Counted from the first letter of the stretch, positions 1 to 39,103 are shown. The stretch is DNA of 64,000 nucleotides from Phoronis australis (GCA_002633005.1 NMRA01000255.1:251420-315419); one strand, 5' to 3'. Made by a program: numbers and translations. The notes: generated by a model not told the origin, from the letters alone.

Positions 1-758
1 AACTGGATAATTTCCAAACATTATATTCAGACATAATATTTTCAAAATGTTCCTCATTTACAAGCCTTGGAAAAATACCGTACTTTGCTCTCAAATCAGC
101 AAATGCAAGTAAAAAATGAATTTCATCTTCTCTTTTAGAACATACACTCTTCTCTTGGGGTTCCTGAACATCTTTCACTTTCGATTTTTAATGAAGGATT
201 TATACATCTAAATTTAGCAACAGCAGAAAAATGTTTTTTTAGTGTTTAAACGTTTAACTTACTCTTCCATTATAAGATCATTTTGATAAAGCCTGTAACA
301 GTCAAATTTACTAAAAGATGTCACTTTTTCATGCCATAGCTGGGAATCAATATCAAAAAATCTCTGCTTAAATTCTATCACAAAGGCCAACTAGTCACCA
401 ACACCCTGACAATCCCACTGTCAAAGCTGCAATGTAACCTATTGAGGTGGCTGAAAACAAAAATCAAATTAGGCTTTTACTCTCGTGAAATTGGTAACAT
501 TAAATCCCTTATATTAATCCCTTGTATTTCCGTTACCAGCAACAACATCAGTGACTCAAAACAATGGTTCAGAGTTTATTGGGGTCGACTATCCCAAAAA
601 TTTTGATTTTAAGAATGGTGCATGTACGCCTTGCCTTTGACTCGAGTTGGTAATGGAAATGGACACCTTTCACAGTAAGGAATATTGCGAGAATGATTTT
701 ATGAAAGTGTGTTGTTACGCTATTATAGTTTCAATGCATGCTTTTCTTATTGTTGCAG

Positions 759-26476
<25,718 letters not shown>

Positions 26477-26542
26477 AAATAAAACTCTGAAGCTCGAAAA
26501 TGCTGGCATATGTGTGGAATAGTAAACTATTGTTTTGTTGCA

Positions 26543-26548
26543 AATAAA
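26543..26548 (+). terminator. Candidate poly(A) signal for POLR3B (a second AATAAA lies at 26478-26483)
   Basis: AATAAA downstream of the stop codon, followed by T/GT-rich sequence. Confidence 0.5.
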
Positions 26549-27424
26549 AATTTTAAAACTATTCTGTAATTTGTTTTTATCCGTAATTTATAAGACATCT
26601 CCTCCAACTCAGTTTTGCACTGCACAAGGCATTGACAGGGCATGAGTACCAGGCAGTTTGTTAAGTGGCTTAAAGAAAGTAAACTTTAGGTTTGTAAACT
26701 TTGTATTATAAATAATTTGAGTATTTCTAAGATCTAGTTGTGATCTTAAGTCATTATAGTTGTTGAATGGATTGAGTGAAACAAATAAACTTATACTGTC
26801 TGTTTAAAACAACACCTCTCAGCGGCATGCTTAATTTTTGTTGTACTAACCACAGAGTCCTGAGGTTTTCACATTTATAGGCACATGTTTACTCTTCCTT
26901 GTAATAAAATGATCAAAACATTGATTCACAACAGCAGTTCAGAAAGAATTTGGCTTTTCCACCCACTGATTTTCACATAACAATGATTACATAACTTACG
27001 TAAAGCTAAAACCAGCACATATCACAGCGTATGAGAAAAAAAGCTAAATATAAAATTGGCACATAATATGGTATATATGGCCTTAGTGTGTATACCAAAA
27101 ATCATTTATAAATTCAGTTTGAGAATGATTGCAGTTCAGCAACACTCACCCTGTAATAAGTGACACCTGTGAGTTAAAGCTTAGAATAAACTAGACTCTC
27201 ACACTGACATATTTACAGACTAAACATGTTTAAATTACATATTTACAAAAGTACAGGTCTGTAGACTATTTCCTATACATACAGACCTGCTCAAAGGTGA
27301 CTATTTGGGAACACCTTTCCATCTCCATGATTGCAAAATATATATACATACTATAAGACAGAATATTTTCAAGATTCACCATATTGTTCCTAGTTTTCTG
27401 TCTCTCCAATTTCATTTACGTCTG

Positions 27425-27503
27425 CTACACTTCACCAGTCAACATCTTGCGCAGTTCTTCATCCCGCCTGCTCTCAGCAATGCGCCTCTTCATATCTTGA
27501 AGG
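27425..27503 (-). CDS. Uncharacterised gene, last coding exon
   Basis: gtttttag|C CTT CAA..GTG TAG; phase-compatible. Confidence 0.72.
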
Positions 27504-30500
27504 CTAAAAACAGAAATTTGCATTCTAGTTAATTTTGTTCTTCATAAGTTCCTTAAAATTCAAAAGCATCCTCAAAATGTTGATAAAATGCTTTATTCAA
27601 AAAATTTTATTGGGAAAGCAATAATAAATTGCATATGAACATAGCGATGATCAATTTAAGGAGTTTTGGAAAATTTTAATGAAAGACAACAAAGGTGCAC
27701 AGATGTTTTCATTCCACAGTAATCTTGAAAGAATGACAAAAAATAGTGTTTTATTTAAGACACAACCACACAAACAAAATCTTTATCAGCCATTTTCAGG
27801 CGCCCACAAGGTGCTGTAGTTAGGAAATAAAATCTATTTACTGATGTCCACAACTGGCCCTATTTCTTTTAAATATTTTACAAACAGTAATTGAGCAACT
27901 AACTTAAAGTGCGGGCTATAAGCCTGTCTTTCACAAAAATATCTTTGTTTAGACCAACCACTATAAAGGTGGTACTAATGTTGTCAATTGATATTAGAAA
28001 TAAATTGTGAGCTTGGGAAGAATGGATAGTTCATTATTGCAGGTTTGGCGTGATATGTTGACCTATCACTGTGTGTCAAGTCACGCGGCGAGCACAGCCT
28101 CAAGCACTACCAACAAATCTGTCTGTTCTTCCATAGTCTGGAAATTATTCCTCATCTGAGCAAGGAACAATCGGAGAAGAGTTTTGAACTGAAAAGTCGT
28201 GTAACAAAAGTTAGTTTTTGGTGACGGAAGGATGGTTAATTGCCATTTTAAGCCAAGAATGAAGAAATCAGTGCCGCAACCAACAAGCCTTCCAAATTGT
28301 GCAACATTTACCAATCGTACATTTGGATATTTTGTACATAATTGGATGATGGGGGTAATGATGATTCCCCTAGCTTATGTCACACATAAATTCAAACCTA
28401 AAATGAAATCATAAAAAATCAAAACTAAAAAATACTTTACCGTTCATAGATGCTAAAGAAAGATATAAAAATGTGTGTTAGCTAGGAATATACAACTACG
28501 ACTACAACGACACTCAAATAACAACAAGAAGAAACAACAACAAATTACTTATGGTAATGTCCAGCTGATGTAAGATGTTATGTATTTTTAGTGACACTAT
28601 TTGGTAAAGTCATTGTCTAAGTAGTTAAGAGACTTAAACTAAGTTGTTAACAGTAGGGAGAAGTGTTGTGGGAATGGCCAGATATAGGTCGAAGCAAATG
28701 ATTTGTTAAATCCTCTGACTAATAAACATACATAAAATAAGACTAATACTTGGAGAAATGAATCACAGGAGCACAGCTTCACTCTAACAACATAAACGTG
28801 TTTCATTACATTTATCTCAACATCACCTATTCACGGTAAAACTACTTACTTATTTTTATATGTCTCTGTCCTCGTTTTATTCAGATACATATCATTGTAT
28901 TCCGATGTAAACTGAGGTTGAGACTTCATTTTGTCTTGCTGTTCGGCTTCCAACTGTTTATATTCGTCCAGTGTCTTGGGTCTGATGGATTGCAAGACTT
29001 GATGCCTGTTAAGTGGTACTGACGACTCATTCCATGTGGTGTTGGCTGTGGAGCAAAGGAGCTATTATTACACCACTATTTTGGCTATCGAGTTCACATC
29101 AGGCTGATGATAAATGATAATCAATCATAGAACCATTCACCTCTTTTGGTAATTTATCATTGCTCACTGATCAGAAATCCTAATAAAAGCATCACGACTG
29201 ATGACAGACTTTGCAGAGAAATTAAATTATATCAACCTTTAATATGAATCCTTGTCAACCATCTATATAATTTACCATTTGCATAAAGTCACACAAATGG
29301 ATTACGTGAATTGATAATGAAAATGATAAGTTATGATCATTGCCTGTGTATTTTTAGGAAATACTAACAGCAGCCAACAAGACCATTTACCTCAGTTTTC
29401 ACTGAAAAATACGTTTTGTGCAAGTTTGTTCGTTTACAGCTCAATCTCTAAAAAATCATGCTGAGGCCAGAATTTTTAATGACTAGCAATCCCTTTTCAG
29501 TTGCAATTAAACTTATTTGTTGTCAAACCAGACTAAAATAAAGTGGAAAGACTATTAGGAATAATAATTATAAACAATTGCATGGATGTCTCAAAACAAG
29601 TAACTGTGGGAACATGTGGATTTAACACTGTATATGTACACCAACTTACTATGGCAATTTAACATTTGGCAAGTATTTCCCACATTGAGATTCATGGTTA
29701 ACAATTGTAGAACATAATTTCAATGTTTCCACGATTAAACAAAAATGGTTGGATATTCTCTTTACAATAATCATTTTTTTGTCTGTTTTCTTTTTATTTG
29801 TTTGAAACTGTTATGTAGAATTTTCCATAGATAAAGGTCAACTCACAAGCCCATCTTTGTAGATAATAGCCTTCAATGGGTCGGCCGTAGTCCATGTGAA
29901 TGGGACCAGGTTTGTTTGTTGCTGGCCGGCGGTACATATCGATGGTCATAAATCGATCTACTGGCTCACCATAATGGTGTCCGACTGTAGCAAGTCCTGA
30001 AAATAAAGCCAACTAAATGACCAGTTATTCAAATGATATTAAGTACAAGTTTTTGAAAAATTAAATGTTCTAATATTTTACAAACTGTGTTAAAACAGGA
30101 TATGTATTCTTTGACACTTGGGGATATACTAGTTAGTATACATAGACACATTTTTCAATAGAGCACAACAGGAAAATAGCAGGCTTCCCAGCATAATAGA
30201 TTTTTTTAATTTAATAATTGTCTACTTCTCAGAAAAAAAGAAAAAATGCAGAGGAAAAGTCTTTGGCTGAATTTTAAATGATTTGCTGTTGATTTTCTTT
30301 CAATTTCAAATTCACACTCTTGCTTTCAATGAAACAAGGTTACACTGACAAGGTTTTGTCAACTTACATCTCTAACATTACTGATGCTCATTCCAAAGAA
30401 ACTTGTAAGTCAAGGTCAGTCAAAACACCTTACATATGTCGAATTGTTAAACTATTACATATTTCACATGACATACATATATGTCTCTGACAATACAAAT

Positions 30501-32005
30501 TACTTTATGTTTTGAAGAACTTGTGATAGGGTGTTTTGTAAATATATACGAAATTGGATTGGATCCAAAGTTGTTGCTATGACTAGTGAGATCTGTTGTA
30601 ATACACAAGTAACCTGAGCAATTTAATTCAAACATTAGTATCACTGATATACGACAACCAAGCCTGGTGGAGTACTCAAAAGCACTGCACCATGCAGAGA
30701 AGGGACAAGATTTGTGGCATTAAGACAATACACATATGATAAAATAAGGTCTCTGAGTTTGTGTATTTTGATAGGGCTGTCACAAAGGTATGCCCGACAG
30801 AAAATATGCATTTTGGAAACATGACCAGATAGCTGAATACGGCAAAACTATCAACTTACAGTGAAATCTCACCATGCAATTTTGAACACAAATAAAAGCA
30901 AATGATGCTCTTTTCCATTTTTCAAGTGTTTCTAACCCTGTTGTGCATAAAGCACATTTTCTTAATAAAATTTGTCTCATGTCAGTTACGGTAAAGAATT
31001 TGAACATGGCATGTCTTTAAAAGAAAGAAACATAAAATAAAATTTCACTTGTTGGTCACATTGTGTCTAAACTGAACAGTGATACTTTGCCATAGTTCAT
31101 GCGAATTTTTGGTGCAGGTCTTGTACATGTAACATACCACAGATAACTTGTGCACATTTTGCCCTGAAATTCACTAACAGTGCCTGTGGAATGAATCCAG
31201 CTTCTCAGTGGTACTCACCGGCTTTTTCTTGACCCCACCTAACAGTGGCACCACGTCTGCAGGAATCATACTTCTGTCTTGGTTCACGTAACCATTGTTC
31301 TCCAATGTAACAATGTGGCCAGGTACTTGACGCATTTCTCAGGTTATGTTGGGACATATTCGTTGCATATCTGTCTTTGTAGTGGCGAATATCAGGGAAG
31401 TCAACTTTTTTAGAAACATGAAAAAATGGATTTGGCCTCTGCAAAAGTAAAGATTAGAATACATCCAGTAATAAACTACAAACAACACATCCATATTGAT
31501 TAGAACTTGGTGTATTGAAGGAATTATTTCTCATTTTAGAATATTCTTATGCATGTAAGTTTTTAACAACTCAAAATAATTTAAAATTGCGGTGCAAATA
31601 TAAAGTTTATTTCATTTTTTTGTTGAAGTTTTAATACATTTAGAATGAAACTAAGAAATACAATTTTAATGGTTACACATAATATGTAATGCCAATTTCA
31701 CAACATTGGCTTGCACATTCAGAGGCAACAAGACAGTCTATTTGTAACATATTCATGAACTTGTTGTCCAATTTCATTGAAATGATTAATAAAAAAGCAA
31801 ACTAATTCAGAACATTTTGACAGAAGGATAAACAGTCACCACCAAAACCTCAATAACACACAACATATTTCATACTTACTTTGTTTATATTTGCTATTTG
31901 TTTGTTGGTTAATACTGTATACTGGTTGTTGGGAGTCCTTGGATGTTTTGTTATGACATCCATTTGCTGAGTCCTCAGCATGGGATCTTCTGGATCAAAT
32001 GACAT
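27425..32005 (-). CDS. Uncharacterised ~256-aa protein, 5 coding exons; possible ciliary/axonemal protein
   Basis: Minus-strand exons 32041-31880 (ATG at 32005), 31438-31219, 29996-29847, 29045-28850 and 27503-27425 (TAG) all have canonical AG/GT and compatible phases. They join into one ORF: MSFDPEDPMLRTQQMDVITKHPRTPNNQY...RPNPFFHVSKKVDFPDIRHYKDRY...GLATVGHHYGEPVDRFMTIDMYRRP...SNTTWNESSVPLNR...FTSEYNDMYLNK...DMKRRIAESRRDEELRKMLTGEV*. No family recognised. Confidence 0.8.
28850..29045 (-). CDS. Uncharacterised gene, coding exon 4
   Basis: ccacag|CC..AA|gtaagt; 64 open codons. Confidence 0.78.
29847..29996 (-). CDS. Uncharacterised gene, coding exon 3
   Basis: ttttcag|GA..T|gtgagt; matches ORF 29794-30012. 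Confidence 0.8.
31219..31438 (-). CDS. Uncharacterised gene, coding exon 2
   Basis: ttttgcag|AGG..G|gtgagt; matches ORF 31205-31444. Confidence 0.8.
31880..32005 (-). CDS. Uncharacterised gene, first coding exon (exon starts at 32041)
   Basis: ctacacag| acceptor, AAA|gtaagt donor, open frame; the upstream exon has an in-frame stop, so this is the first in-frame ATG. Confidence 0.72.
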
Positions 32006-32846
32006 GTTTCTTGCTGGAATTGTGTAGTCGGAAAGCAGTCCCTGTGTAGATAAACAGAATACTTTTATTCATAGTTGGTAGAGTAATTGCCATAAATAAT
32101 AAGGAAACTCCTAAGAGAGTTTAAGCTACAGACTGTACCTATAACCAGTTAAAATCGATTCATAAATTAATGTGGATGGCTTTAGCTGTGCTAATTTCTC
32201 TTATAATGCATTGATTTTAAAAATTTCAAGATGGCTCATATTTACAATTCAATTTTAAAAACAGTGATGATGGTTGGTTGCCTTACTTGATATTCGTTTA
32301 TTGAATCAAAAAAACATAGTAGGCTAAGCAGGTGCATTGGTTAACAACAGCTATTAATTATTTCTTCCAATACATGTTCGACCAAGCCATGAATAGAGAC
32401 TAGCTCACTTCAATCTGTGATGGTGCCATCAAGCCTTTGATGTGCCAAGGAATTCATTGCATATTCTTCTGGGGTGAACATTGCTGTCTCGTCCACTTGC
32501 GTCAGTCAGTGCAAATCTTGTTATTGTAAGAGTTACTATGATGAATGACTAATGAGTCTAATTTATATACGCTATGGATTTTTGTATTTAGTGGCCAAGT
32601 TATATGATTCCAATTTATCAGTTTTTAACAAAAACTGAAAAAGTCACTTGTGTCGTCAAGCATTAACTGAAACTATATATTTCACGCGAGTCAAAACTCT
32701 GTTGGATAGTTGTTGAAGAAAAAAGCTCTTTCCGGGAAGGGTCATATTCAGATAGGTATCCATCAGTGCATGGGTATTTTATCAAAAATCGGTCTGCTGA
32801 CTATCAGCCAACGAGTCCTCGTGAGTCCTGGACTTTGTCAACTCAC

Positions 32847-33050
32847 CAATATCACGACCCACCTGCTACACAGACGTTGGTGATGGTGAAGGACGTAAAT
32901 GACGTCCTTTCAAACACCTTCAACAGAAAATTACATAAATAGCCAAGAATTTTGAAGGTCCTTACTTCAACTTTATACCGTTATTCCAAGGTCGTACCAG
33001 GTCCTTGACTGTGCCCGCAACCAATGTTGTTTCCACACTGTTTCACGTTC
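32847..33050 (-). other. Probable 5'UTR exon of the uncharacterised gene
   Basis: Strong donor (TTG|gtgagt) at 32847/32846, CpG-richer sequence next to the promoter; the 5' end is approximate. Confidence 0.5.
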
Positions 33051-33340
33051 ACTTCCCGTATTATGGCGTCGGCTGTTGCTATAGCATCAGACGGCCATTG
33101 CAAAGCGTACCCAAATTGGTATTTATGAAAATACATTTTGTTAAAAATTTAGTTACTAATAACCTTATAGCTCGCGACATTTAAATTTTCATTAATAATT
33201 CATATTTATTTTGACGTTAAATTTCAACTTAATGATTACAGAATTTCATACGGCTAATATTTCAAAACTGCACAAGGGATCCCATTCATCCAATCAGACC
33301 AGCTAATGCATTTCCAGCTGAAAAGTTAACTGCACGTTTC
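33040..33340. promoter_or_regulatory. Putative bidirectional promoter (uncharacterised gene / GMPS)
   Basis: RFX X-box-like GTTGCTATAGCATC (33075-33088), CCAATCAG (33290-33297), local CpG enrichment, and outward-facing first-exon donors at 32846 (-) and 33425 (+). Confidence 0.6.
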
Positions 33341-33424
33341 CCGTGTTTTCGATCGCCGTTGTTCCAGTCTTCTTCACACGCCTTGTCTCTGCTGCGATTG
33401 CTGTAATCGTGGATTGTTTCATGA
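33330..33424 (+). other. GMPS: Probable GMPS first exon (5'UTR, possibly with ATG A)
   Basis: Perfect ATGA|gtaagt donor downstream of the CCAAT box. Splicing to the 39012 acceptor gives in-frame ATG AAC ATT GAG ATG GCA. The 5' end is approximate. Confidence 0.55.
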
Positions 33425-33592
33425 GTAAGTTCACATGTAGATGTGTCATACGTTAGACAGTCAACTTGCCCTTTGCAAAATGTGTTCTGTTGTCATGTTC
33501 ATGTTGAATCCTGTCAGAAACCGTGCTACTCACGTCTACAGTCTACACGCGTGACATACACATGTGCTGGCTTATACATATTACTGTAGTTA

Positions 33593-33897
33593 GTAGGGAG
33601 GACAACGTTTTTAATTTTTTCTGCAATACTCATGTGTCATACATTTACGAAAAGCCCTTGGTGTGAGAAATGAAACGGTGCAAAAATCAGAAAAATTGGA
33701 TGAGCGGTTACCGAGAAAATGGCCGTTGAAACGCGACGATTATGTAGGGAGGATAACGTTTTTTTAATATTTTTTACAATCCCCATGTGTTATACATTTT
33801 TGAAAAGCCCTTGGTGTGAGAAATGAAATGGTGTAAAAATCAGAAAAATTGGGTTAGCGGTTAACGAGAAAATGGCCGTTGAAACGCGACGATTATG
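33593..33897. repeat. 151-bp tandem duplication, probably internal to a transposon remnant
   Basis: gtagggagga..gaaacgcgacgattat at 33593 and 33744. Confidence 0.85.
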
Positions 33898-34191
33898 CGT
33901 AAAGTATCTGCCTTTTTACATAAGTTTGTAAAAAATAAAAAATATACATGTTCTGCATATAAAAAGATTTGTCTCATTGAGACAAACATGGTGGTGTGTA
34001 TTATATAAAATTTGGATCGATTTCTACAGAGATATTGCTGTTTAAGTGTGTTATTAGCAAAAAGAAAATGCTCCTGTTTGATGAAAACAATGAATTAAAC
34101 AGCTTAAAAGGTAAAGAGCAAAGACACCACATCAGCTCAGAAATAAATAAATCTGAGCTAGGAGGAAATTTCACATCAAATCACAAGATCA

Positions 34192-34358
34192 CATTGGTGG
34201 ATTTGGGGGAGGGGGGGGCAAGGGGGCCTGGCCCGTGGCTCCCCTAAAACTCCCATATTTCATTTGGCAGTTTGAGAGTGCAAATATCTTACGGGTAAAA
34301 TCCTGCGTAATACTCTGCCCTGCCCCCCTCCTATCTAAAAATCCTAGATTTGCCCCTG
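34192..34358. mobile_element. Degenerate short MITE (CAGGGGC..GAT-type TIR)
   Basis: cattggtggatttggggg..G-rich / C-rich..cctagatttgcccctg; no clear TSD. Confidence 0.4.
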
Positions 34359-35898
34359 AATACTACTACATGGGCAACACATCATTGCCTGACGGTGACA
34401 GGGGGCTAGGGGACTGAGGCTATAGCTGATAGCTCCCCCACTTTTTCAGTGCTGGATGCCACCCATGTACTACTAGATCGTATCATGGCAAAAAACATCA
34501 CAAAGTAGACAACAGACCATTTGGAAAAACAAATCACTCTTAAAATGAAGGATTTCATCATTTACGCAACAAAAACTTTGTAACAACTTTATTTTGAACT
34601 TTGAAGTTGCAATGCCATTGAACTTCAACGTAGCCGCTGGTGGCGCTGACATGCGGCGACTTAGTGAACTAACAACTGCTGTTTGATAAGTGCCAATGCG
34701 CAGCAGTTTAACAAAATTTCTGAAAATGAAATAATTACCAATTAAAAGAGTGATAAATTCCTCATCTAAAAATCGGGGGGGGGCATATTGCGCAACTGGA
34801 AAAACATCAATCTCCCGACCGACCAAAATTAGGCCTTCCGGACGATCGAAAATTCACCATGAAAACTTGGCCTTGACTTCGAGAAAACAACTTGAGGAGA
34901 TGCGAACGCATCTAAAATACATCCTGTCCAAATTTCATGTTTGTATTCGAGAGTATAGTGCTCTTTTGGACAGGAGGAACAAGAGGCACTTTTTCGAAAG
35001 TTGATCGCATGGCGGAAAATCGTGCGCTAAAAAAAGCTTACAAAAATGATTTACCAACGATAATTCGAGACAAATAGATTACAAACTTACAAATAAAGAC
35101 TAAGGTAATGATTTACAACCCAAAATTGTCTTATAGTTAACTTCGAGGTCTGAAATCGGGTAATTTACCGACGTGAGTTTTACACGGAGGCAGATATGGA
35201 GTACCTTGACCTACTTTTCGATTGGCCTCCCTATAGTTAGGTTGTGTCTTAGTGACCACCGTCTCTAGCTGGCCAATAGGAGCTTCATACGCCGGAAGTT
35301 TCTTGGCAAATTGTGCCTCACACTGATTAAAACATCAAAATTATAATAATAAGTACATTTTGCGCATTGAGGAATTTATTAGGAAGCCGTTGCTGTCTTT
35401 AATACCTTCCAACTCTAACAAAGTACTCCCGTAATCAAGCTTTTTTCAAGCAGTCCTTCGTACTTTTCCCAAAATCGGAGAATGGCCATTTTTTACACTG
35501 CGCACAGCGGAGATATGATAGGTGAAACTTGTTGACATACATTTTAACGTTAAAATCTACTTTTATATGGTGTTTACAACTTTGGTTACGGGGTCAAAGC
35601 TCTTTAAAGATTCTATAAATTTCTGAGAGCAAATCGTAACAGCCAATGATATGATTAGTTAAGATCATGTGGTTTTTATAGGCCAATCGCTTAATAAGTA
35701 GGTTATAATTTGGGCTGAAATTAACAGGATATATTCAGATGAGCAATAGTCTTTGAAGCTAAAAGACTTCCTACAGTATACAGAGGAAATTGTACTACAC
35801 AGCCATCTCGTGGAAGATTCTAAAGAGGATCTTGGAAAGGGAAGGGTTAATGCATTGGAAGTTAACAAAGAGCTTGTCACTTGTATCGTGGGTTGTAA

Positions 35899-36200
35899 GA
35901 TACTGCCTATACGTGTTGGGTCACGAGGGACTGTGACCAGCGAGAGGAATAGTAGGTAGACGATACTGCCTATACGTGTTGGGTCATGAGGGACTATGAC
36001 CAGCGAGAGGAATAGTAGGTAGACGATACTGCCTATACGTGTTGGGTCATGAGGGACTGTGACCAGCGAGAGGAATCGTGGGTACTAATAGAAGATGCTG
36101 CCTGCAAGTGTTGCGTAACGAGAGACTGTGACCAGCAAGAAGAATCGTGTGTAGAAGATACTGCTTGCAAGTGTTGCATCATCAGAGACTGTGACCAGCA
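35899..36200. repeat. 63-bp minisatellite, ~5 units
   Basis: gatactgcctatacgtgttgggtca..gactgtgaccagc at 35899, 35962, 36025, 36094, 36157. Confidence 0.9.
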
Positions 36201-39019
36201 AGTGCATTGTCACAATATGGTGTGTGTATTCACCAACAGAACTAGACATCCAGCAAGTGGAGAGTCCTACAGCTTGGATAGCAGATAAGACATTTGACTA
36301 TTTTGGTTGATTAATTGAAGTAAGCTTTACAGAGGGCGCTAGCCTAGTTACTTTTCTCTGTAGCTGATTACTTAATTAAGAACAAGTTTCACTTGTTTAA
36401 TTAGTGGTATTCATGTAATAAATTAATTACTGCGTTTAATCATTCTCTCTGCCATCTGCGCACAATCTGAAAGCAAAGCTAGTAACCTTTTAAACAAACC
36501 CACTGTCAATTTGTGACATAACAAAATCATGCTCCTACTGAATTACACCTGTTATTCAGTGGCAATAACTGGGTCTCAAATCACTATCATAGTGCTTCTT
36601 ACTGGCATTTTTTGCATCTACGCCTGTATTTCCTAATCCCCATTGAAAGATCTTTTGGAAATTTGTCAACAGATGGGTGAATCCGACCACTGGTTTGAGA
36701 TTTGTTTCACACATGCCTCTGTGTCTTTGGAGTTGTTTGATGGATTTTCATGAAGTTGGGCTATTAGTTTTCTGTTTGGTTGACAATGGCACCTTTCTGT
36801 TTTAGGATGGGTTTGACATATTCTGTGCCCTGTAAAGGTCATTTTATGAGGCAATATGAATTCAGTTTTTGCAAGTTTGTACACGTTTAAACTTTTTGAG
36901 ACGATATTTTCTCTTCCCAAAGTTAGATGATGATATCTTTGCAACATTGCTTAAATTGTTCTATAAATTATACATCGTCACCAACTGCCAGATTCATCTA
37001 AGCACTACCAAAACGTCATTGAAATAGTTAGCAAACAGACATTTTGAGCCTAACATGTTGTATTACAAACAATTTTTTCTTAAAAACCTATCATATTTTA
37101 AACCAATAAACTAACAGATCCAATGTAATCTGAGAATTCTTAACCAATACCATATTATTCTTAAAGGCATGTTCTTCTAGTTCTTGGTGTTGACCGAGAG
37201 AGAATCCTATCATGGTAAAGGTGTGAGTCTTAATTTTATGAGAGTAAAATGCCCAATGCGAATTTCATTTTTCCCAGTTGTAGGGCAGAATGTGGCCCTG
37301 AGTTGGTTGTCATAGTGGGTTACAGTGACCTTGAGGGGGAACCCCAGATGATTTATTGTAACCAATTTCAAAAAGGCAATAGAGTTGGTTTGGAAGTGCA
37401 AAACACTTGTGAAGAAAGTTAAATTTCAGTGCCCAGACATGCTTTATATAGTCACGTTAGATATTTTTGTTGGAATATTATGATTGATGTAAAGTTCATG
37501 TATCACACAAAATGTTTAGATACCAGTTATGCCTTAGCTTACTGTGCAGGCCTTTATGCAGCATAGGTCCTGGGCGTCCAAATGGCCGCCCTAGCACTAA
37601 TCTGGATGCCCTGGCAAGGATGCCCAATGTATCATTTGGACGCCCACTGTCAATAGGAACCTTTCAAGTTTGGACTCACACATTGTAATGAATACTAGGA
37701 AGCCTCTAAAGGCTCACAGTGGGGGCTCTTTTTCAAAGCAGAAAGAAATATACAATGTATATACAAAGTATATGCATTGTTGCTATTTTGACACTTGATT
37801 GACAGCATTGTAAGTCTTGGTCTACACAGTTTTTTTAGTGGAAATGCTCACCATAGAAGGTTGTTTTATAAACTTAGATGTAAAAACATTGATCTATGCT
37901 TTTTTTGTAAAAAAAATCTGTGTGTTTGGGGGTATTGATGGGGATGGGGGGTTACGCGTCAGAATCATGGACGCCCTGGAATATTGCGAATCCCATTTTG
38001 GACACCCTATTTTCAAAATCCTGGATGAAGGCCTGTTACTGTGTTTTCTGCTTACTCCTTGAACCGATTAGATTGTCAGTCTTGCAATTGACCATTTGTG
38101 TAATACAGGCATGTCTTAATGCCTAATCGCTATGTATGACATGTTCCTTAAGCATTGTTAGCTTATTATTTCCAGAAAGTAACCATGACAACTGAAATCT
38201 TCCTTGTTAACTGATAAGTGTGTGTTGGAAGGCGAGCAGCATGGGTTTACTAGGTCTTGTCTCCAATATGACCTCATTAAATAATGCAAGGGTCCTGTCT
38301 CTTGTGTTGCTATCGTTTTCAAAATTGTTTCTGATGAGTTATTGTGTTTGCACGTAAATTAGGAGTGAAGAGGGCTGCTGACTCACAAAATTTTTGCAGT
38401 ATCTGTAAAATTATTGTGTTATTGTAAGCTTAAACAATTTTGTTCGTACTGTTCTTACAATGTAAAATCTTCTGATATGTGGACATTAAAAGGTCCTTAT
38501 TTTCTAAAACGTCTTGAAACAGATATGCTGTTATTGGCGATTCCATTATGTTTGTTCCATCAGATGTCAAAACAACACTGTCAATGCATTAAGTGATAAA
38601 TTTTCTCATCTGTTAATTAATGCAAACATATCATGGAATTGCTTTCTTAGTACTTAGAGGCTTTTAAAATCGATCATTTTATGGGTCTAATATGTATACT
38701 TGAAAGGTTATTTATAAAGAATTAGTGCTTGGGAATGAATGTAGGCTCTTGCCTCTTAAAAGGACAATGTCATTATTTATTATGTAACAGATGGGAAGCT
38801 ACTGCGGAATCAGTGATCAACATGGTATTTGTAATAACAGAGAGGCAACATTTTGAAAATTTCGTATTTTTCTGATTTCTGCTAAGCTTCACTGTTTTCG
38901 ATTTAGAAAGATTTCCTCATTTTGTGTGTTTGTACTGTCGTTCAGTTTCAACCCCAGCTACAGATTCATGTTTCGTATCAAATCACTTGATTGCATTTCG
39001 CTCTTTTTCAGACATTGAG

Positions 39020-39103
39020 ATGGCAGAAGCAGGTGAACATGTGAATGGGGTTGGTGGTTCTGAGAAGGTAGCCATTCTTGATGCTGGTGCTCAGTACGGC
39101 AAG
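39020..39103 (+). CDS. GMPS: GMPS exon ([15 protein letters not shown]); acceptor at 39011/39012
   Basis: tttcag|acattgagATG..AAG|gtttgg. Confidence 0.88.

Noticed and set aside
28846-28852. Alternative stop for the uncharacterised gene by reading into the intron (AAT AAG TAA)
   Set aside because: A perfect gtaagt donor and a phase-compatible downstream exon make splicing the simpler model; cannot be excluded without transcripts.
34473-35004. 117-aa and 84-aa ORFs in the putative GMPS first intron
   Set aside because: They lie in a patchwork of transposon-like fragments and have no recognisable domain.
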